From Felis catus (lineage: Eukaryota): a stretch of DNA of 64,000 bases. The stretch spans positions 221,032,001 through 221,096,000 of the forward strand of contig NC_058368.1 of NCBI RefSeq assembly GCF_018350175.1. The letters are read 5' to 3'. Of the stretch, positions 39,488-53,783 are shown one piece after another (position 1 is the stretch's first letter; every line of letters starts with the position of its first letter). The position numbers and the translations under genes are program-made. The notes under the pieces were generated by a model. The model was not told where the DNA came from. It ran no database searches and saw only the letters and a list, made by a program, of their open reading frames with translations.

Positions 39488-42400
39488 TGGTGCCTTTTTT
39501 TTTTTTTTACCTCTCTGAAATGTGTCCGTTTTTTCCCCTTCAAATTTTTCAATTACACTTTTATTTTTACAATATCACTGGGAGTAATATTTAGGTTACT
39601 TGTAGCACCCCTAAAAAAATCTGATTTCACTATGACTAAGAGTATACTCTAAACAATGGAAAACAATGCATGTGGCTTCATAACTTTGCATACTCAGTTT
39701 TCGGGTTGTTAGTTTTGGTTGACGGAATGAGGATGGGTACCATTCCCTCTCTACCTGCTCATTTTCACAAATGTGGCCCCTCCACGCCTCTGTTCATTGC
39801 TCTGTCTTCCAGGTTTCTTTGACTTTAGTTTTTCTTTTATTGTTTTACACATTTTTACTTTAATCCTTAAGAAATGATTACTTAATTCAGGAGCGTTCTT
39901 CTGGAATACCTCTTAACATACTAGGTTAAAAATATAATTACCTTCTTCATCCTCTATTACTTCTCTTTCCTCTGGGGTCAAGTTTTTTGTATGCCTATCT
40001 TGACATTTTTCAGGTATTCCTCAATTACTAATTTATTTAAAAAGAAGGAGTGAATAACTGGCTTATCTTCCCTCTGTTGAGAAAGTAAAAATATTTCCCA
40101 CTTTAATCTCTATATTCTAATTTTTTTCTATGCCTGTTATTTTTAAATGAAAAAAAAGAAAATCAATCCCTCCCAGTTTCCAATTTCCAGAAAGTCAGGT
40201 TTCTTCACTGACACAGGTTTTTCTTATTTTCTTTTTTTTTTTTTGAATCTGTATATTTATTTGATGGTTAGGGAAGACCAGCTTTGTCAATTTCATTTTG
40301 TTTTTTATTTTGTCATATTCACCTTAATGAATGGGGCTTGTTTTTTTTTTTTTTTATTCCCAGAATTCCTATTTGTTTTTGCATTGTTACCTCTTATCAA
40401 CATTTAAATTATACTGAAAAAGTGTCTTTTTATACTGCATTATTCTGTCCTATGATTTCAATTTTGGAACACTGTATTGCCTATTTTTCATTAATAACGA
40501 GATTAATCCATTTATGTTTCCATTCACCTTAAGATGTTTCTGTTTAATAAATCTTTAATGTTTACCATTCATGATAGTATATAGTAGGATCAAAGCATGG
40601 GTAATGCCCAGTTCTTACCTTAGGAAAGCTCACACAGATGTGATTCTTATGCAGTAAGTTACATACTGCTAACTTGAAATTTTATGCTCTGTATGCAATT
40701 TAGAGATCCTGCATTCCAGATTCTATTTAGGTCCCTCTTGACTTCCGTTTCCTTTGGCAAAAATTGCTATTCTCATCTTTCTATATAACTCACTTAGCTC
40801 AAAGTTGGAAGTGAATTTTTGCCTATATGTACTAGGTAGCCTTCATATTCTGGAAACTCTCATTTATAATGTGAAATCCCCACCAGGCTGAAAAAATAGG
40901 ATAAAGAATTACTTTCAACTCCCTGAGGTTAAAAAGAATACAAAGAAAAAAAAATCATGGATTGATTGTTTTTTGGAGACCTAGCTCTGCCTTTAATCAG
41001 TATTAGTTTGTTTAAATTTATATATGATATATATATATATATATATACACACATACATTTTGTACATATACATATTTATGTATATTTTATACATATATAA
41101 TTGTTTTAATTCTATATAGTTATTTCAAATTAAATTATAATAAATTATAAATATGTGTAGGTTAGCATATGCACCATTGAAATGATGAAGGGACCTGGGA
41201 TATTTGAATAAAGAAAGGACTGTGCCTATGTGTGGGTAAGAAGAACAAGTTTTCCTGGCTAACTAGTTTTTGTCGAAGATACCTACAACGTTTAAGCAGC
41301 TTAGCCTACTTACCGCACTTTCTGAATGTTGAATGTCTTCAAATATGACAGCTTTGATCAAAGCCACTTTGGAACTTGAAAAAGATACAAAAATACTGAC
41401 AAATAGCATTGTTTAAAACCTCTGTTTTTCAAACAACGAAATTTATTTTTCAACTTAGGAATTTAGAGTAAATAAATGTTCCTGAGTTTGGTGTTTTCTT
41501 CCTTTTTTAATGCAAAAGAAGAATGATTTTAGATGTAACGAATAGCAAAATATAGCATTGTCATCTTCTGCGTCTCTTGCCACAGCAAAATGCCAAGGAG
41601 CCTCACCTATGGTGCACCAGGTAAAAGGCTTTTAGTTGTACACAAAACAGCATTCTGCTCTAGGAAGCATGTAATTCGCTTTGTGGTTCAACTCTAAATA
41701 AAGAAAGCCATTTTCTACTCTTAGAAAGTCCACAATGTTATATAAGGTGTAAAAATCAAGAGTTTTCCTAAAACACTTTAATATAAAATAAATTAAACAT
41801 CTTTATAAAGGAGATAACCCCAAACTTGACATTTGCAACACATTACGTCCTTTCTTCCTTCTTATTTTAGGAAGGTTCTTAGAGGAATTGATTTTATTTT
41901 ATTTTTTGGATGCCTCTCAGATAATCTTAAATTTATGCTGTTATTGTTTTTGTTTTCAGCATTTCATTAACCATATGGTAAGTGAGGAGGCAAACGTTCC
42001 AATTAAGTCTATATAAATAAAGAAAACTGAAGCAATTTTGAAGATACCTTTATCAGCTTAAAGATTCCTTCACCCACATCAGTAATCACAAAAAGTACAG
42101 CTTCTCACTGCCAATGACCCTGGAGAGTAGCTGGTATACACATAAGTAGTGAATAATACTTCAAGGTCATATTTCTGAGTTACATCTCCAACAGTCTACT
42201 TGATGAAAGATAAAGGACAAAAAGGCATTGCTTCAGAAAACAAAAATAAAATAAATATTTGGGGCTAAAAGATCTTTATGGATTGCATCATATGTGATGT
42301 AATATATAAAAATATGAAAGCCACTTTGACTAATAACTTAGAAATGTGACACAGTTTAAGTTTATCATTTCTCAATAATACTTGAGAAACACTATTGTCA

Positions 42401-43854
42401 AAAAATGTAATGAGATAGCAGTAGCAAATGCTAGCTTGCCTTGTCTTTCGGCGTTTCCTTTGTGATTGTATACGCAACTGTCTTAATTGTTAGAGTGTTA
42501 AAATTTACAAAAGTACTGAGAGGAAAACACAGATATTTATCCATGTGGAATATTGCAAGCAATTACAAAGAAATAAACGCCTCTCTTTTGTGAGTATTTG
42601 GTTGGTTCTTATTTTTTGGAATAAAATAAAAGGATTCACAGAACCATTTCAAAATGGTTTATATAATTTTGAATTGAAAATCTATGTAGTTTGGCATTTT
42701 TCTGATATATGTTCACGAAGCGAAGTGCAACAGAGTCAAGAAGTTTTATTCTGCTGTTGTTTTCGCTTCCGTTATTTGATTTCCATTTTATTGGGATTTG
42801 TATACAACCTAGCCAGTAGTCCCTATGACCTTTAAGTTGTTTTATGGGATAAAGTTACTTATCTGCCAGCTTCACTATCAGGACTAGAAGAATAACCTAT
42901 TTATTTTTATTTGAACAACAAATCTACAGCTAGTTTCCCAGTCCTCAGAACTTTAGGGCTTCAGGCAGTCTGAGAGGGGGGTGGTCAGGAGTCAAGGGAG
43001 AGAAAGAAGGCAGTGCAGGCAGTCACTTCAGCCTTCAAAAAACAAACAGACATGTGAGGACTGGCCTCTCTTTTTCTTTCTCCATTACTGAAGATCCTTT
43101 CTTTAGGTAATATTCCTATCACTCTACATATTGTTCATTGCTTTCCCATGGTTCAGAGGAAGGATTGTCTCCATTACACCTCTCCCTTCCCTATTACGTT
43201 AAACAAAAAGGTTTCTACTCACCATTTTTAAATTAAGGGCAATCCTTCTTTTCTCTTCATTCCTTTCTCTTTTCCAAGCTTTGGACATATTAATTGCATG
43301 CCACTAAGTATATGATTAGTGAGAGATTTTAAATTTCTCCTCAGTTTCCTAAATTAGCCTCATTTCCTTGAGTACTGGGTTTTTCTCTCTTTGTTTATTT
43401 TTGTGTTTTTATTTCATATTGCAGGTCTTCTGGATCCCTATTCACTTTATGTTCCCTCTTTATAGTTAAGAATGAAGCCACACAAAGGCTAACCCTTAGG
43501 GGGTGAGAGTTGTCCCCTGCAGACTTCACTTTGTACTTGGCAGATCAGGAGCCAGTCGTATCCTTGGGGGTCTTCCCAAATGCTGGAAGAAAATTGCTAC
43601 ACACACCACAGCTACCTTTTTTCCCAAGTATTTCTTTTAATGTATTTTGTAAGCATCCCTCCTCCCCGCCCCTTCCCTGTCTGCACCTCCCCGGCCATCT
43701 AACAGTCTCTTTATTCCTTTGAAGTAAGTGCTAGGCCCTAGGATATCTGCAGTTCCAACCACTCACTTTCAGTTAATCCCTCTCTTAAGAGCATCATTTC
43801 CATCTTTTCATGTAACTGCTACCTCTAATGCAAAAGCCTTTCTGGTTTGTGTGT

Positions 43855-44293
43855 TTTTCAGTTTTATTGAGATATCACTGAAAAATAAAATTGTATATAT
43901 TTAGGTTGTACAAGGTGCTATTTTTTAAAGTGTACTAACATGATATAGTAGATGTATATGCTGGAAATGATTGCCACGGCTGATTTAATTAACACATCCG
44001 ACATTACCTCATGTGGTTACCTTTGTGTGTGTGGTGATAACAAATAAGGATCTATTGTCTTAGCAAATTTCAAGTATGCAATACAATAGTATTAAGTATC
44101 AGCACCATGCTGTAAATTTGATCTCCAAATTTTAATCATCTTAAAACTGAAAGTTTGTATCCTTAACCAACATCTTCCCATTTACCACACCCTACAGTCT
44201 CTGACAACCATGATTATATTCTTGTTCGTAAGTGTGACTGTTTTAGATTCAACATATATGTGAGATCGCACAGTATTTGTCTTTATGTGTCTA
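43855..44293 (-). mobile_element. L1M (L1MA-like) 3' end
   Basis: ttttattgagata...aattgtatatattta...tcttagcaaatttcaagtat...tagattcaacatatatgtgagatc. Confidence 0.8.
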
Positions 44294-44598
44294 AAAATCT
44301 TTCTGTTTTGCAGAAACTTCTTCTGCTTTAACGCATTACATATGCTCTTGGTCCTGGCTAATCATTCCATCCACTGATCATTCCATCTCTTCCATGAGCT
44401 CATTGAAATCTTTGCTTGTCATGTCTCTTCTTAATTCTCCTCATGATTTTTGGTTTTTACCAATGTTTTCCCTTTATTGCAATTGTAGTGATCTCTTAGG
44501 AATAAGTGGAAATAAGTTCAGTCCACCATTGCAAACTTTGAAGTTCTTTAATTTTTTTTAGGACATAAATAATTTTAGCAAAAATATTTACTTTACAT

Positions 44599-44802
44599 GG
44601 GGTGCCTGGGTGGCTCAGTCGGCTAAGTGTCCAGCTCTGGATTTTGGCTCAGGTCATGATCTCACAGTTTGTGAGATTGAGCCACATCTTGGGCTCCCCA
44701 CTGACAGCATAGACCCTGGTTGGGGTTCTCTCTTTACCCCTCTCTCTGTTCCTCCAGCTCTCAAACTCTCTCTCTCTCTCAAAATAAATAAATTTCATAA
44801 AA
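44599..44802 (+). mobile_element. CAN-SINE
   Basis: ggggtgcctgggtggctcagtcgg head; flanking repeat aaaaatatttac. Confidence 0.93.
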
Positions 44803-45204
44803 ATATTTACAATCTGCCTAATAAAAAATTATGTACTTAAAAGTTACTATCAATACCGTTTCCCCCCCAAAAAAGGTTGAGATTAATTAACTTAATTCAA
44901 GTACAGTCAGCTGATCTTCATAATGCAAGCTACTAACTCGGTATATTATTGACTTTTTTGCCATTTATGTAAAAATATTAAGATATATCATTCTCAATGA
45001 TTATGCTGTTAACTATAGTTCAAGTTAGACCCAAAGAAAATAATGCAGATGAAACCTTGACTAGAGCTTTCTCTAAGTTTAAGAAGAGATTGCCCAACTG
45101 AAATTGAATTTTATAGATTACATTCAACTTCTTGTTAATTTTTCCTTTCTCATTCTCCCAGAGCCTCTATTTGTTGGTTTAGATGATCACTTCCAAATGA
45201 CTCT

Positions 45205-45419
45205 TTTCTTTTCTTTATAATGTTTTAATGTTTCTTTTTGAGAGAAAGATAAAGAGCAGGGGAAGGGCAGAGAGAGGGAGACACAGAATCTGAAGCAGGC
45301 TCCAGGCTCTGAGCCAGGCTGTGAGTATAGAGCCCAACGTGGGGCTCAAGTCCATGAACCACAGGATCGTAATCTGAGCTAAAGTCAGACACTCAACCAA
45401 CTGAGCCACCTGGGCACCT
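45205..45419 (-). mobile_element. CAN-SINE
   Basis: TSD caaatgactcttttctt / cagatgcctcttttctt. Confidence 0.93.
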
Positions 45420-45775
45420 CCCAGATGCCTCTTTTCTTTGACAGAAAAGCTGAGAATGCCTTTCTCTGGTATGGTCACCTAAAAGAATTACAGTCATTGT
45501 TCAAGTTTCCATTCTAGCAGGACCTCCTGGGCAATGCCATCATGGTTTCTCTCCACAGAAAATGTTGTGTTTCATCTGCCACCCTCTTGACCTGTTATGG
45601 AAATTAAATTGTTATATTCTCATATATCTCTCAATATATTCATAAATTTTTATAAGGAAGAAATGTGCTTTTCTCTCATTGATCCCTGTTTTTTTAACTT
45701 AGTCCTTCTCTCTTGGGTTATGTGAAAATATACGTATTAAAGAATTAATCCTGTGAGTATCTGTTACATGTGTAT

Positions 45776-46263
45776 TATCAAAGAAAAATTGCACTGGACA
45801 AGTTTAATAGGCAAGGGAGTTTTTATTAAAGACGACTGCTGTAGAGAAGAGATATTAAATCCAACTCCCTTGAAAAGAAAGGTGGGAGAATTTTTAACGT
45901 AGGGGTGAACTATTGGAAAAGTGCTGGAGATATTGGGGAGGAGGTTGGTCAATGTGGTTCAGCCATCCATGTCTGCTAATTGGCCCTTACTGAAGTTAGG
46001 CTCCTACCCTCCCACACGGAATGGATGGTAGGGGCTTTGTCTTTCTTGATGATTACAATTCAAGGAAATGGTTCCCAGTCCTTGAAAAAGACATTTGTCT
46101 AACACTGATGAAAGGCTAAAAGAGATTTACATCTCAAAATGGTAGAGAACAAATTTACAATTGGAAGTTTTCTAAAGTAAATGCCTTAAGGAAAGGGAAG
46201 TCAGAGAGTTTATAATCAGAAACCTGTCTAAAGTTGAGGGGATTGTTACGGCTGTCTCTGTCA
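45776..46263 (-). mobile_element. ERV solo LTR (ERV1-like)
   Basis: About 490 bp; begins TGAC on the minus strand; AATAAA (tttatt at 45822) about 45 nt from its end; possible 4-bp TSD gtat / atat. Confidence 0.6.
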
Positions 46264-46358
46264 ATATTCTAATAAAAAATATGATCTGAAAATACCATCT
46301 TATATATAATTAAGAATTATTTATATACACTTAACCAAAAGCAATATGTGTGTGTGTA

Positions 46359-46584
46359 TTTTTTTTTATAAATTTTTTTTTCAACGTTTATTTATTTTTG
46401 GGACAGAGAGAGACAGAGCATGAACGAGGGAGGGGCAGAGAGAGAGGGAGACACAGAATCGGAAACAGGCTCCAGGCTCTGAGCCATCAGCCCAGAGCCT
46501 GACGTGGGGCTCGAACTCCGGGACCGCGAGATCCGGACCTGGCTGAAGTCGGTCGCTTAACCGACTGCACCACCCAGGCGCCCC
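46359..46584 (-). mobile_element. Young feline CAN-SINE
   Basis: Same subfamily as 24919; TSD gtgtgtgtatttttt. Confidence 0.97.
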
Positions 46585-48834
46585 AGTGTGTGTATTTTTT
46601 TAAACCCACTATATATGAAGTTCATTCATCAATTAAAATTATAAAACAGCTAGTGGTTACCAGGTAATAAAGTACTGGACCTCTCCATAGCAGTTCTCTC
46701 AACATGAAACAGGCTGGTGGAAGGATATTTGGATACATACACTGAATATTAAGGGAACCCATAGCTGGTTCTTGAGAAAATATTTTTGTGCCTTAAATCA
46801 CCTTTTCTCACTTTGTTCTGGAGATGGAATGTCAATCAATCAAGGTTAGTCTTTTCCCTTTGTTTTCCAGAAAAAGTGAACATGGCAATTTTGTTTAATA
46901 AATATTTCACATTCCATTGTGCCAGTGCTTGGGATTAACTTTAAATAATTTTGTTCCCTAACCTCGTGGATGTTATAAGTGTGCTCCCCTTTCTATCTGC
47001 CCCCAGAATTGCTTGCAAGAAGTGTGACTGCTACGTCTTCTGCCTTTATCACAAGCAAGAGCACTTGCCTGAGTGATGCCTTTACCAATTTTATCTGTTG
47101 CTTCTCTCATTCTGTCCTTTTTTACCCCATGTTAAATTTTATTTCTGAACTGAGTGTAGGAAAATATTTTTTCCTGAAAAACTAAGGTGCTTTTTCATCA
47201 TAGCTAGTGAGAAGAATGTGATGCTTTCTCTATTATGCTTTGATATGCAAAAAGTTTTATCAAAACTACAATCTGATGTTTAGCAATTGTACATCCAGCA
47301 TATATGGTATCTTTTTTTGAAATATTTTCTTAATTTTTATTGTAATGCTTATCTTTCTTGGCCTTGTATTTTTTGTTATATTTCATTTTAGTATCATGTA
47401 GGCTTTTAACAAGGTACCCGGAAATCTTTATGATATAATGTGAAGTATTAATGTAAGTAATCTTAAATACATGAATGCTTAAATAAACAGATGCTTAAGG
47501 AAATGCTGAATTGAGATGTGGGTTGAAATATACATCTACTATAAAATCTACAAAATTCAATTGTTGAAGATAACCATAAGTTGAAAAAGGAATTTGAGGT
47601 ATTGGGGACAGAGAAAAAAAAAAACAACAGCAACAAAAACCCAACAAAAAACAAAATAACAGCAATGACAAAAAATAAAAACAAACAAACAAACAAACAA
47701 AACCAAGACCGAGCCAGGGTCTCTAGTTTAATTATTTTATATTTAAAACCCATGACTTTAAAAAAGGACTTTCAATGAAAAAGACACTGTATATTTTTGG
47801 AGTTTCTATATCTTGCAGTGTTTTGTCCTTCTGGCAGAACAAAAGGTTGGGTATTCTTCCCACATATCACTCATTTTCAGGGTATTTTTAAAGAAATGGC
47901 ATTTTATTTCCCATAGGCATACATACTGCTGCTCTCATGGTGTGGCTGGCTTATTGTAAAGACATTATGTAAATGAAACATCTAAGGAAAGATTTAGTCC
48001 AGAGCTATTGGGTTTATTCATCTCTAATTGTTTTCCTGAGAGAAAATTCAAGATCTTATTTGCTTTTTTGTTGTATTTTGTAGTTGTGTCTTTCATATAA
48101 AAGTCAGATTACTCTCTCCTCCTTCTCTCCTCCTCTCCCTCTCTCTCAGTCATTCATTTTCTCTCACTCTGTTCCTCTATCTCTGTGAAGGAACAGGTGA
48201 CAAGAAGGTAAATTTAGGATTAAACTGGGTGATTGGGAAGGAAAATAGCACTATAGATTCAACAGACTGAACAGCAGTGGGGAATTTTTATTTAATCTTT
48301 TCAATTCAGCAGTATTTTGTGATAGATTAAATGATATATCACCCATTTGAGATTATTTGCAAGATAAATAGGAATAAAATCTACTGTTCTTAGGTAAGCA
48401 ACATTTTGTTTTCATTTTAATTATAGTACTCTATCATTATGATTAAGTTCTTGGGAGTAGAATAACTGGATTACTACAATTAGCTCATTTTAAGTAGATT
48501 TTATAAGTTCTGGTTTGATTTTTATCTGTATTTCTTCTCTATGGTAAATGACTCATGTCACAGCCCAGGAATATAAAATAAACAAGATAATAATATCTAC
48601 ATGCAATTATGTGAAGTCAGTAGCAATAGTAACTTACCTTATGCTAATAGATGTCATTACATAGTTAAATATTGTAGTAAGCATTTTCTCAGACAAGAAT
48701 ATTCTGGATAATGCTGTGTTGCATTTAATGAGAGATTTAGTCTGTGGTAGTTTTGGACATTTTATTCAATAGTCATCTCCGTGTCAATGATGAATTCATT
48801 AAACAAATATTTGCAATGCACTTTTTTTTGTGAT

Positions 48835-49860
48835 ATATAAATAGATTATTTTTAGAGCTATTTTAGGTTCACAGCAAAATTGAGTGGAAGGTACAGAAAT
48901 TTCTCATATGTCTCCTGCCCCCATGCATGAATAACCCCCCCCCCCCCCATTATCACCATTTCCTCCCAGAGCGGTACATTTGTTAAAAGCTACATTTGAT
49001 GAACTTACATTGACACATCATAATCACTGAAAGTCCCTAGTTTACCTTACACTTCACGCTTGGTGTTGTGCATTCTGTAGTTTTGACAAATACATAATGA
49101 CATGTATCCACCATTATAATATTAAAGAAAATAGTTTCACTCTCCTAAACATCTTCTGTTCTTGGTCTATTTATTCTTCCCTTTCTCATCCCTTACTCCT
49201 GGCAACCATGATCTTTTTACTATCTCCATAGTTCTGCCTTTTCTCAAATGTTGTATTGTTGGAATCATACAGTATGTAGCCTTTTCAGATTGGCTTCTTT
49301 TAGCCAATAATATGCATATAAATTCCCTCTAGTTCTTTTCATGGCTTAATAGCTCATTATTTTTAGTGCTAAATGATGTCCCATTGTCTAGATGTAGCAT
49401 AGTTTATTTACCCATTTACCTCCTGAAGGACATCTCCATTGTTTCCAAGTTATGGCAGTTGTAAATAAAACTGCTACGAGTGTCTGTATTCAGGTTTGTA
49501 TGTAGATATAAGTGCTGAACTCCTTTGGGTAAAACCAAAGAGCATGATTTCTGGATAGTATGATAAAAGTATGTTTAATTTTTAAGAAGTCACCAAAGTG
49601 TGTTCCAAAGTGGCTGTACCATTTGTGCATTTCCTCCAGCAATGAATAAGAGTTTCTGTTATTCCACATCTTATCCAGCGTTTGGTGTTGTCAGTGTTCT
49701 GGATTTTGACTGTTATTTATAGTAATATCTCCTTGTTGTTTTAATTTACATTTTTTCTAATGTAAATGGTATGAATATCTTTCCATATGCTTGTTTGCCA
49801 TCTATGTATCTTCTTTGGTAAGGCGTCTGTTAAAGTCTGTCACCTATATTCTAACTGCCT
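48835..49860 (-). mobile_element. L1M (L1MC/L1MB-like) 3' region
   Basis: ttttaggttcacagcaaaattgagtggaaggtacaga...ttccaaagtggctgtacc...tttggtgttgtcagtg. Confidence 0.85.
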
Positions 49861-49900
49861 GATGTGCAGCTGTCTCCTTTCTCCTGGCTGGAGTGGTGTC

Positions 49901-50274
49901 TGTCTTGGTCTGTTCAGGCTGCCACATTGGAATATACTGACTGGGTAGCTTGAACAACAGACTTGTATTTCTGAAGGGTGGAAGTTCAAGATCAAGGTGC
50001 CATCAGGGTTGGGTTCTGATGAGGCCCTTCTCTCTAGCTTGCAGATGGCTGTGTTCTTGCTGTGTTCTCACATGGTCTTTTGTGTTTTCACAGAAAGTAA
50101 ACTCTGGTATCTCGTCATCTTATAAAGACACCAGTCCTATTGGAGTAGGACCCTACCCTTATGACCTCATTTAACCTTAATTACTTCCTTAAAGGCCCTG
50201 TCTCTAAATACAGTCACATTGCGGGGTTTGGGCTTCCATGGATGAATTTTGGGGGGACATAGTTTGTCCATAAC
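49901..50274. mobile_element. MaLR LTR (MLT1A-like)
   Basis: gaagttcaagatcaaggtgcc...atgacctcatttaaccttaattacttccttaaaggccctgtctctaaatacagtcacatt. Confidence 0.85.
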
Positions 50275-50494
50275 CGTGCAGACAGGTTTATACCTTCTGA
50301 ATTCGCTGATACTGAGTGTGATGTAGAGTAGTTTTGGGAAACTGAACATTTGGTTGAGCTTAAGATAGATTCCCTGAGGGTGTTGGGAGTAATGTTTATT
50401 CGATTTATACTTATATCATGCAGTGGTGATAAAAACTGAATCATTCTCGTTTCACTGGTTGTCAAGACCATTATCATCTGAACTAAATGAGATC

Positions 50495-50670
50495 TTTACT
50501 ATGTGTTGGGAACTATACTAAAATCTTTCCTGGATTTTCCATTTTAATCTTCATGATAATCGCGGGAGGGCATTCTAATATTATTTATACCACACAGATG
50601 AGGATTTCAAGCCTCTGAAATGTTGTAGTATTTGCCCAGCACTACATGCCAGTGTGTTCCACAGCCAACA
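50495..50670 (-). mobile_element. MIR fragment
   Basis: tactatgtgttgggaactatactaa...ttaatcttcatgataa...cagatgagga...tttgccca. Confidence 0.55.
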
Positions 50671-51174
50671 TTTTATTAACACAAGTTAATATATACTTGT
50701 TTCAACTGTCACCTAAACAATTTTGACCATCTAATATATCTAAATTTTAGCTACCTGTATCCCAGAAATCAACTTAGATTTGTAATGTCTTTGCATTTAT
50801 TATATGACATATTGATGATTTCCAATGTTAGAATCACTGGGTCAGTATTATAGACTTACTAATATTATCAAAGATGACTTTTGATCTAGTAAGTGTCTTC
50901 TATATTACAGATGTTTACATTATTAGTACAAATCCCACCATAACTTTTTAAGATAGTAAATATTCCTGCTAATTTGTAGAATACAAAACTATGGTTTCAA
51001 GAGATCTAACAACCAGCCCCATATCACTTAATTAATTGAATAGAAGACATGGGTTATTCAAGTCCTTCCACTCATTTATCAGATATATATTTGAAAGTAG
51101 ACAATTATGTATACTTTTTTTTTCTGACTATTGGGGACAGAATAAAAAGTCCTACCCGGCTAAAGAATAGTGAA

Positions 51175-51376
51175 GGGGTACCTGGGTGTCTCTTTTGGTT
51201 AAACATTGGACTCTCGGTCTCAGTGTAGGTCATGACCTCAGGATCATGAAATTGAGTCTCAAGATGTGCTCCCATGCTGACAGTGTGGAGCCTGCTTGGG
51301 ATTCTCTCCCTCTCTTTCTCTCTCTCTCTGCCCCTCCCCACTCTCTCTCAAGAATAAATATATAATTTAAAAAAAA
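51175..51376 (+). mobile_element. CAN-SINE
   Basis: TSD aaagaatagtgaa on both sides. Confidence 0.9.
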
Positions 51377-51379
51377 GAA

Positions 51380-52026
51380 TAGTGAAGGTAGAATGGGCAG
51401 AAAGACGGAATTAGGAGGCAGAGCCCATATGTAGGGCTGTACATGACATTGTGAAAAGGTTGGATGCTATTTTAATTGTAAAGAAAAGCCAATAAATATT
51501 TTAAGTAGGGGAACAATATAAGCAGATTTAAACAGTTATATGGCTATGTTGCAGACTGGCTGGAGAATGGTCTATAAAGACCAGAATAGTGTCAAGAAAT
51601 TCACCAAGTTTGCAGGATGTGGACATAATAGTTGTAGCCATTTGGACTCAAGTTGTATTTTGAGTAGTCAATTCCAGAGGTATTTTGGAGTCAGAACCAA
51701 ATAGATGCTTTGAAGCTTTTGATGTAAGTAAAGAAAGCAAACAATTAAGAGTGACATGCTGGATTTACCCTGAGCACCTGGGGAATTAAGTGACTTTTAC
51801 TGAGAAGGGGAAGCCTTCTGAGGTCAACTGGGAGTTCCTAAACAAAATCAGAGCTGAAGATACAAATGATACTTAAAATTATGTCACTAGATGGAATCAC
51901 TCAGAGAATAAAAGAAGAATTAGAGGACAGGATGAAGAACCAAACCCCAGAATACTTCACTGTATTTGTTCATCTAGGGAGGAGAAACCAAAATAGGACA
52001 TAGAAAATTCTAGTGAAATGTGAGTG
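51380..52026 (-). mobile_element. L2 fragment; host of the L1 insertion, continuing at 56920-57190
   Basis: Purine-rich antisense L2 text; after the L1 it resumes ccaagggacagaagggtttcaagg...gaaatgaccattgcatttgg. Confidence 0.55.
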
Positions 52027-53647
52027 ACACCAGTGTTCTTCACAGAACGAGAACAAACAATTCCAAAATTCGTATGGAACCAGAAAGGACCCCACATAGC
52101 CAAAGTAATATTAAAAAAGAAAACCAAAGGCATCACAATTACAGACTTAAAGCTGTATTACAAAGCTGTACTCATCAAGATAGTATGGTACTAACCCAGA
52201 AACAGACACATAGATCAATGGAACAGAAAAGAGAACCCAGAAATAGACCCACAAACGTATGGCCAACTAATCTTCGACAAAGCAGGAAAGAATACCCAAT
52301 GGAAAAAAGACAGCCTCCTCACCAAATGGTATTGAGAATACTGGACAGCGATATGCAGAAGAATGAACCTGGACCACTTTCTTACACCATACACAAAATA
52401 AACTCAAAGTGAATGAAAGACCTAAACATAAGACAGGAAGCCATCAAAATCCTAGAGGAGAAAACAGGCAAAACCTCTTTGGCCTTGGCCACAGCAACTT
52501 CTTACTCACATCTCCAGAGGTAAGGGGAATAAAAGCAAAAATGAACCATTGGGCCTTCATGAAGATAAAAAATACTTCTGTGCAGCAAAGGAAACAAACA
52601 GCAAAATTAAAAGGCACCCAATGGAATGGGAGAAGATACTTGCAAATAACCTATTAGATAAAGGGCTAGTATCCAAAACCTATAAAGAACTTATCAAACT
52701 CAACACCCAAAAAGCAAATAATCCAGTGAAGAAATGGGAAAAATACATGAATAGACACTTCTCCGAAGAAGACATCCAGATGGCCAACCAACATATGAAA
52801 AAATACTCAACATCACTCATAATCAGGAAAATACAAATTAAAATCTCAATGAGATACCACCTCACACAAGTCAGAATGGCTAAAATTAACAAGTCAGGCA
52901 ACAACAGATGTTGGCAAGGATGCAGAGATACAGGATCTCTTTTGCACCACTGGTAGGAATGCAAACTGGTGCAGCCACTCTGGAAAACAGTATAGAGGTT
53001 CCTCAAAGAATTAAAAATAGAGACACACTATGACCCAGCCATTGCACTACTAGATATTTATCTGAGGGATACAAGTGTGCAGTTTCAAAGGGGCACGTGC
53101 ATCCCAACTTTATAGCAGTGCTATCGGCAATAGCCAAAGTATGGAAACAGCTCAGGTGCCCATCAGTGGATGAGTGGATAAAGAAGATGTGGTGTGTATA
53201 TATATATAATATATATATTATACACACACACACACACACACACACACAATGGAGTATTACTCAGCGATCAAAAGAATGAAATCTTGCCATTTTCAACTAT
53301 GTGGATGGAACTAGAGGGTATCATGCTAAGTAAAAATAGATAAAGACAAATATCATATGTCTTCACTCGTGGAATTTAAGATACAAAACAGATGAACATA
53401 AGGGAAGGGAAGCAAAAATGATATAAAAACGAGGGGGACAAAACATAAGAGATTCTCAAAATACAGAGAACAAACTGAGAGTTGCTGGATGAGTTGTGGG
53501 TGGTGTGGGCTAAATGAGTAAGGAGCATTAAGGAAGACACTTGTTGGGATAAACATTGGGTGTTATACATAGAGGATGAATCACTGGAATCTACTCCTGA
53601 AATCATTGCACTATATGCCTACTAATTTGGCTGAAATTTAAAAATAA

Positions 53648-53702
<55 letters not shown>

Positions 53703-53709
53703 AAAGAAA
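52027..53709 (+). mobile_element. Felid/carnivore L1 3' segment (ORF2 C-terminus, 3'UTR, (AAAT)n tail)
   Basis: ORF2 remnants EWEKILAN...[14 protein letters not shown]...MRYHLT...NNRCWQGC; frameshifted; tail at 53640-53705. Confidence 0.97.
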
Positions 53710-53783
53710 GAAACCCTTCTGTCCCTTGGAATCATGGGGATTTCTTTTATTATTATTCTTATTTCCTTTATTATTTTGATAAA

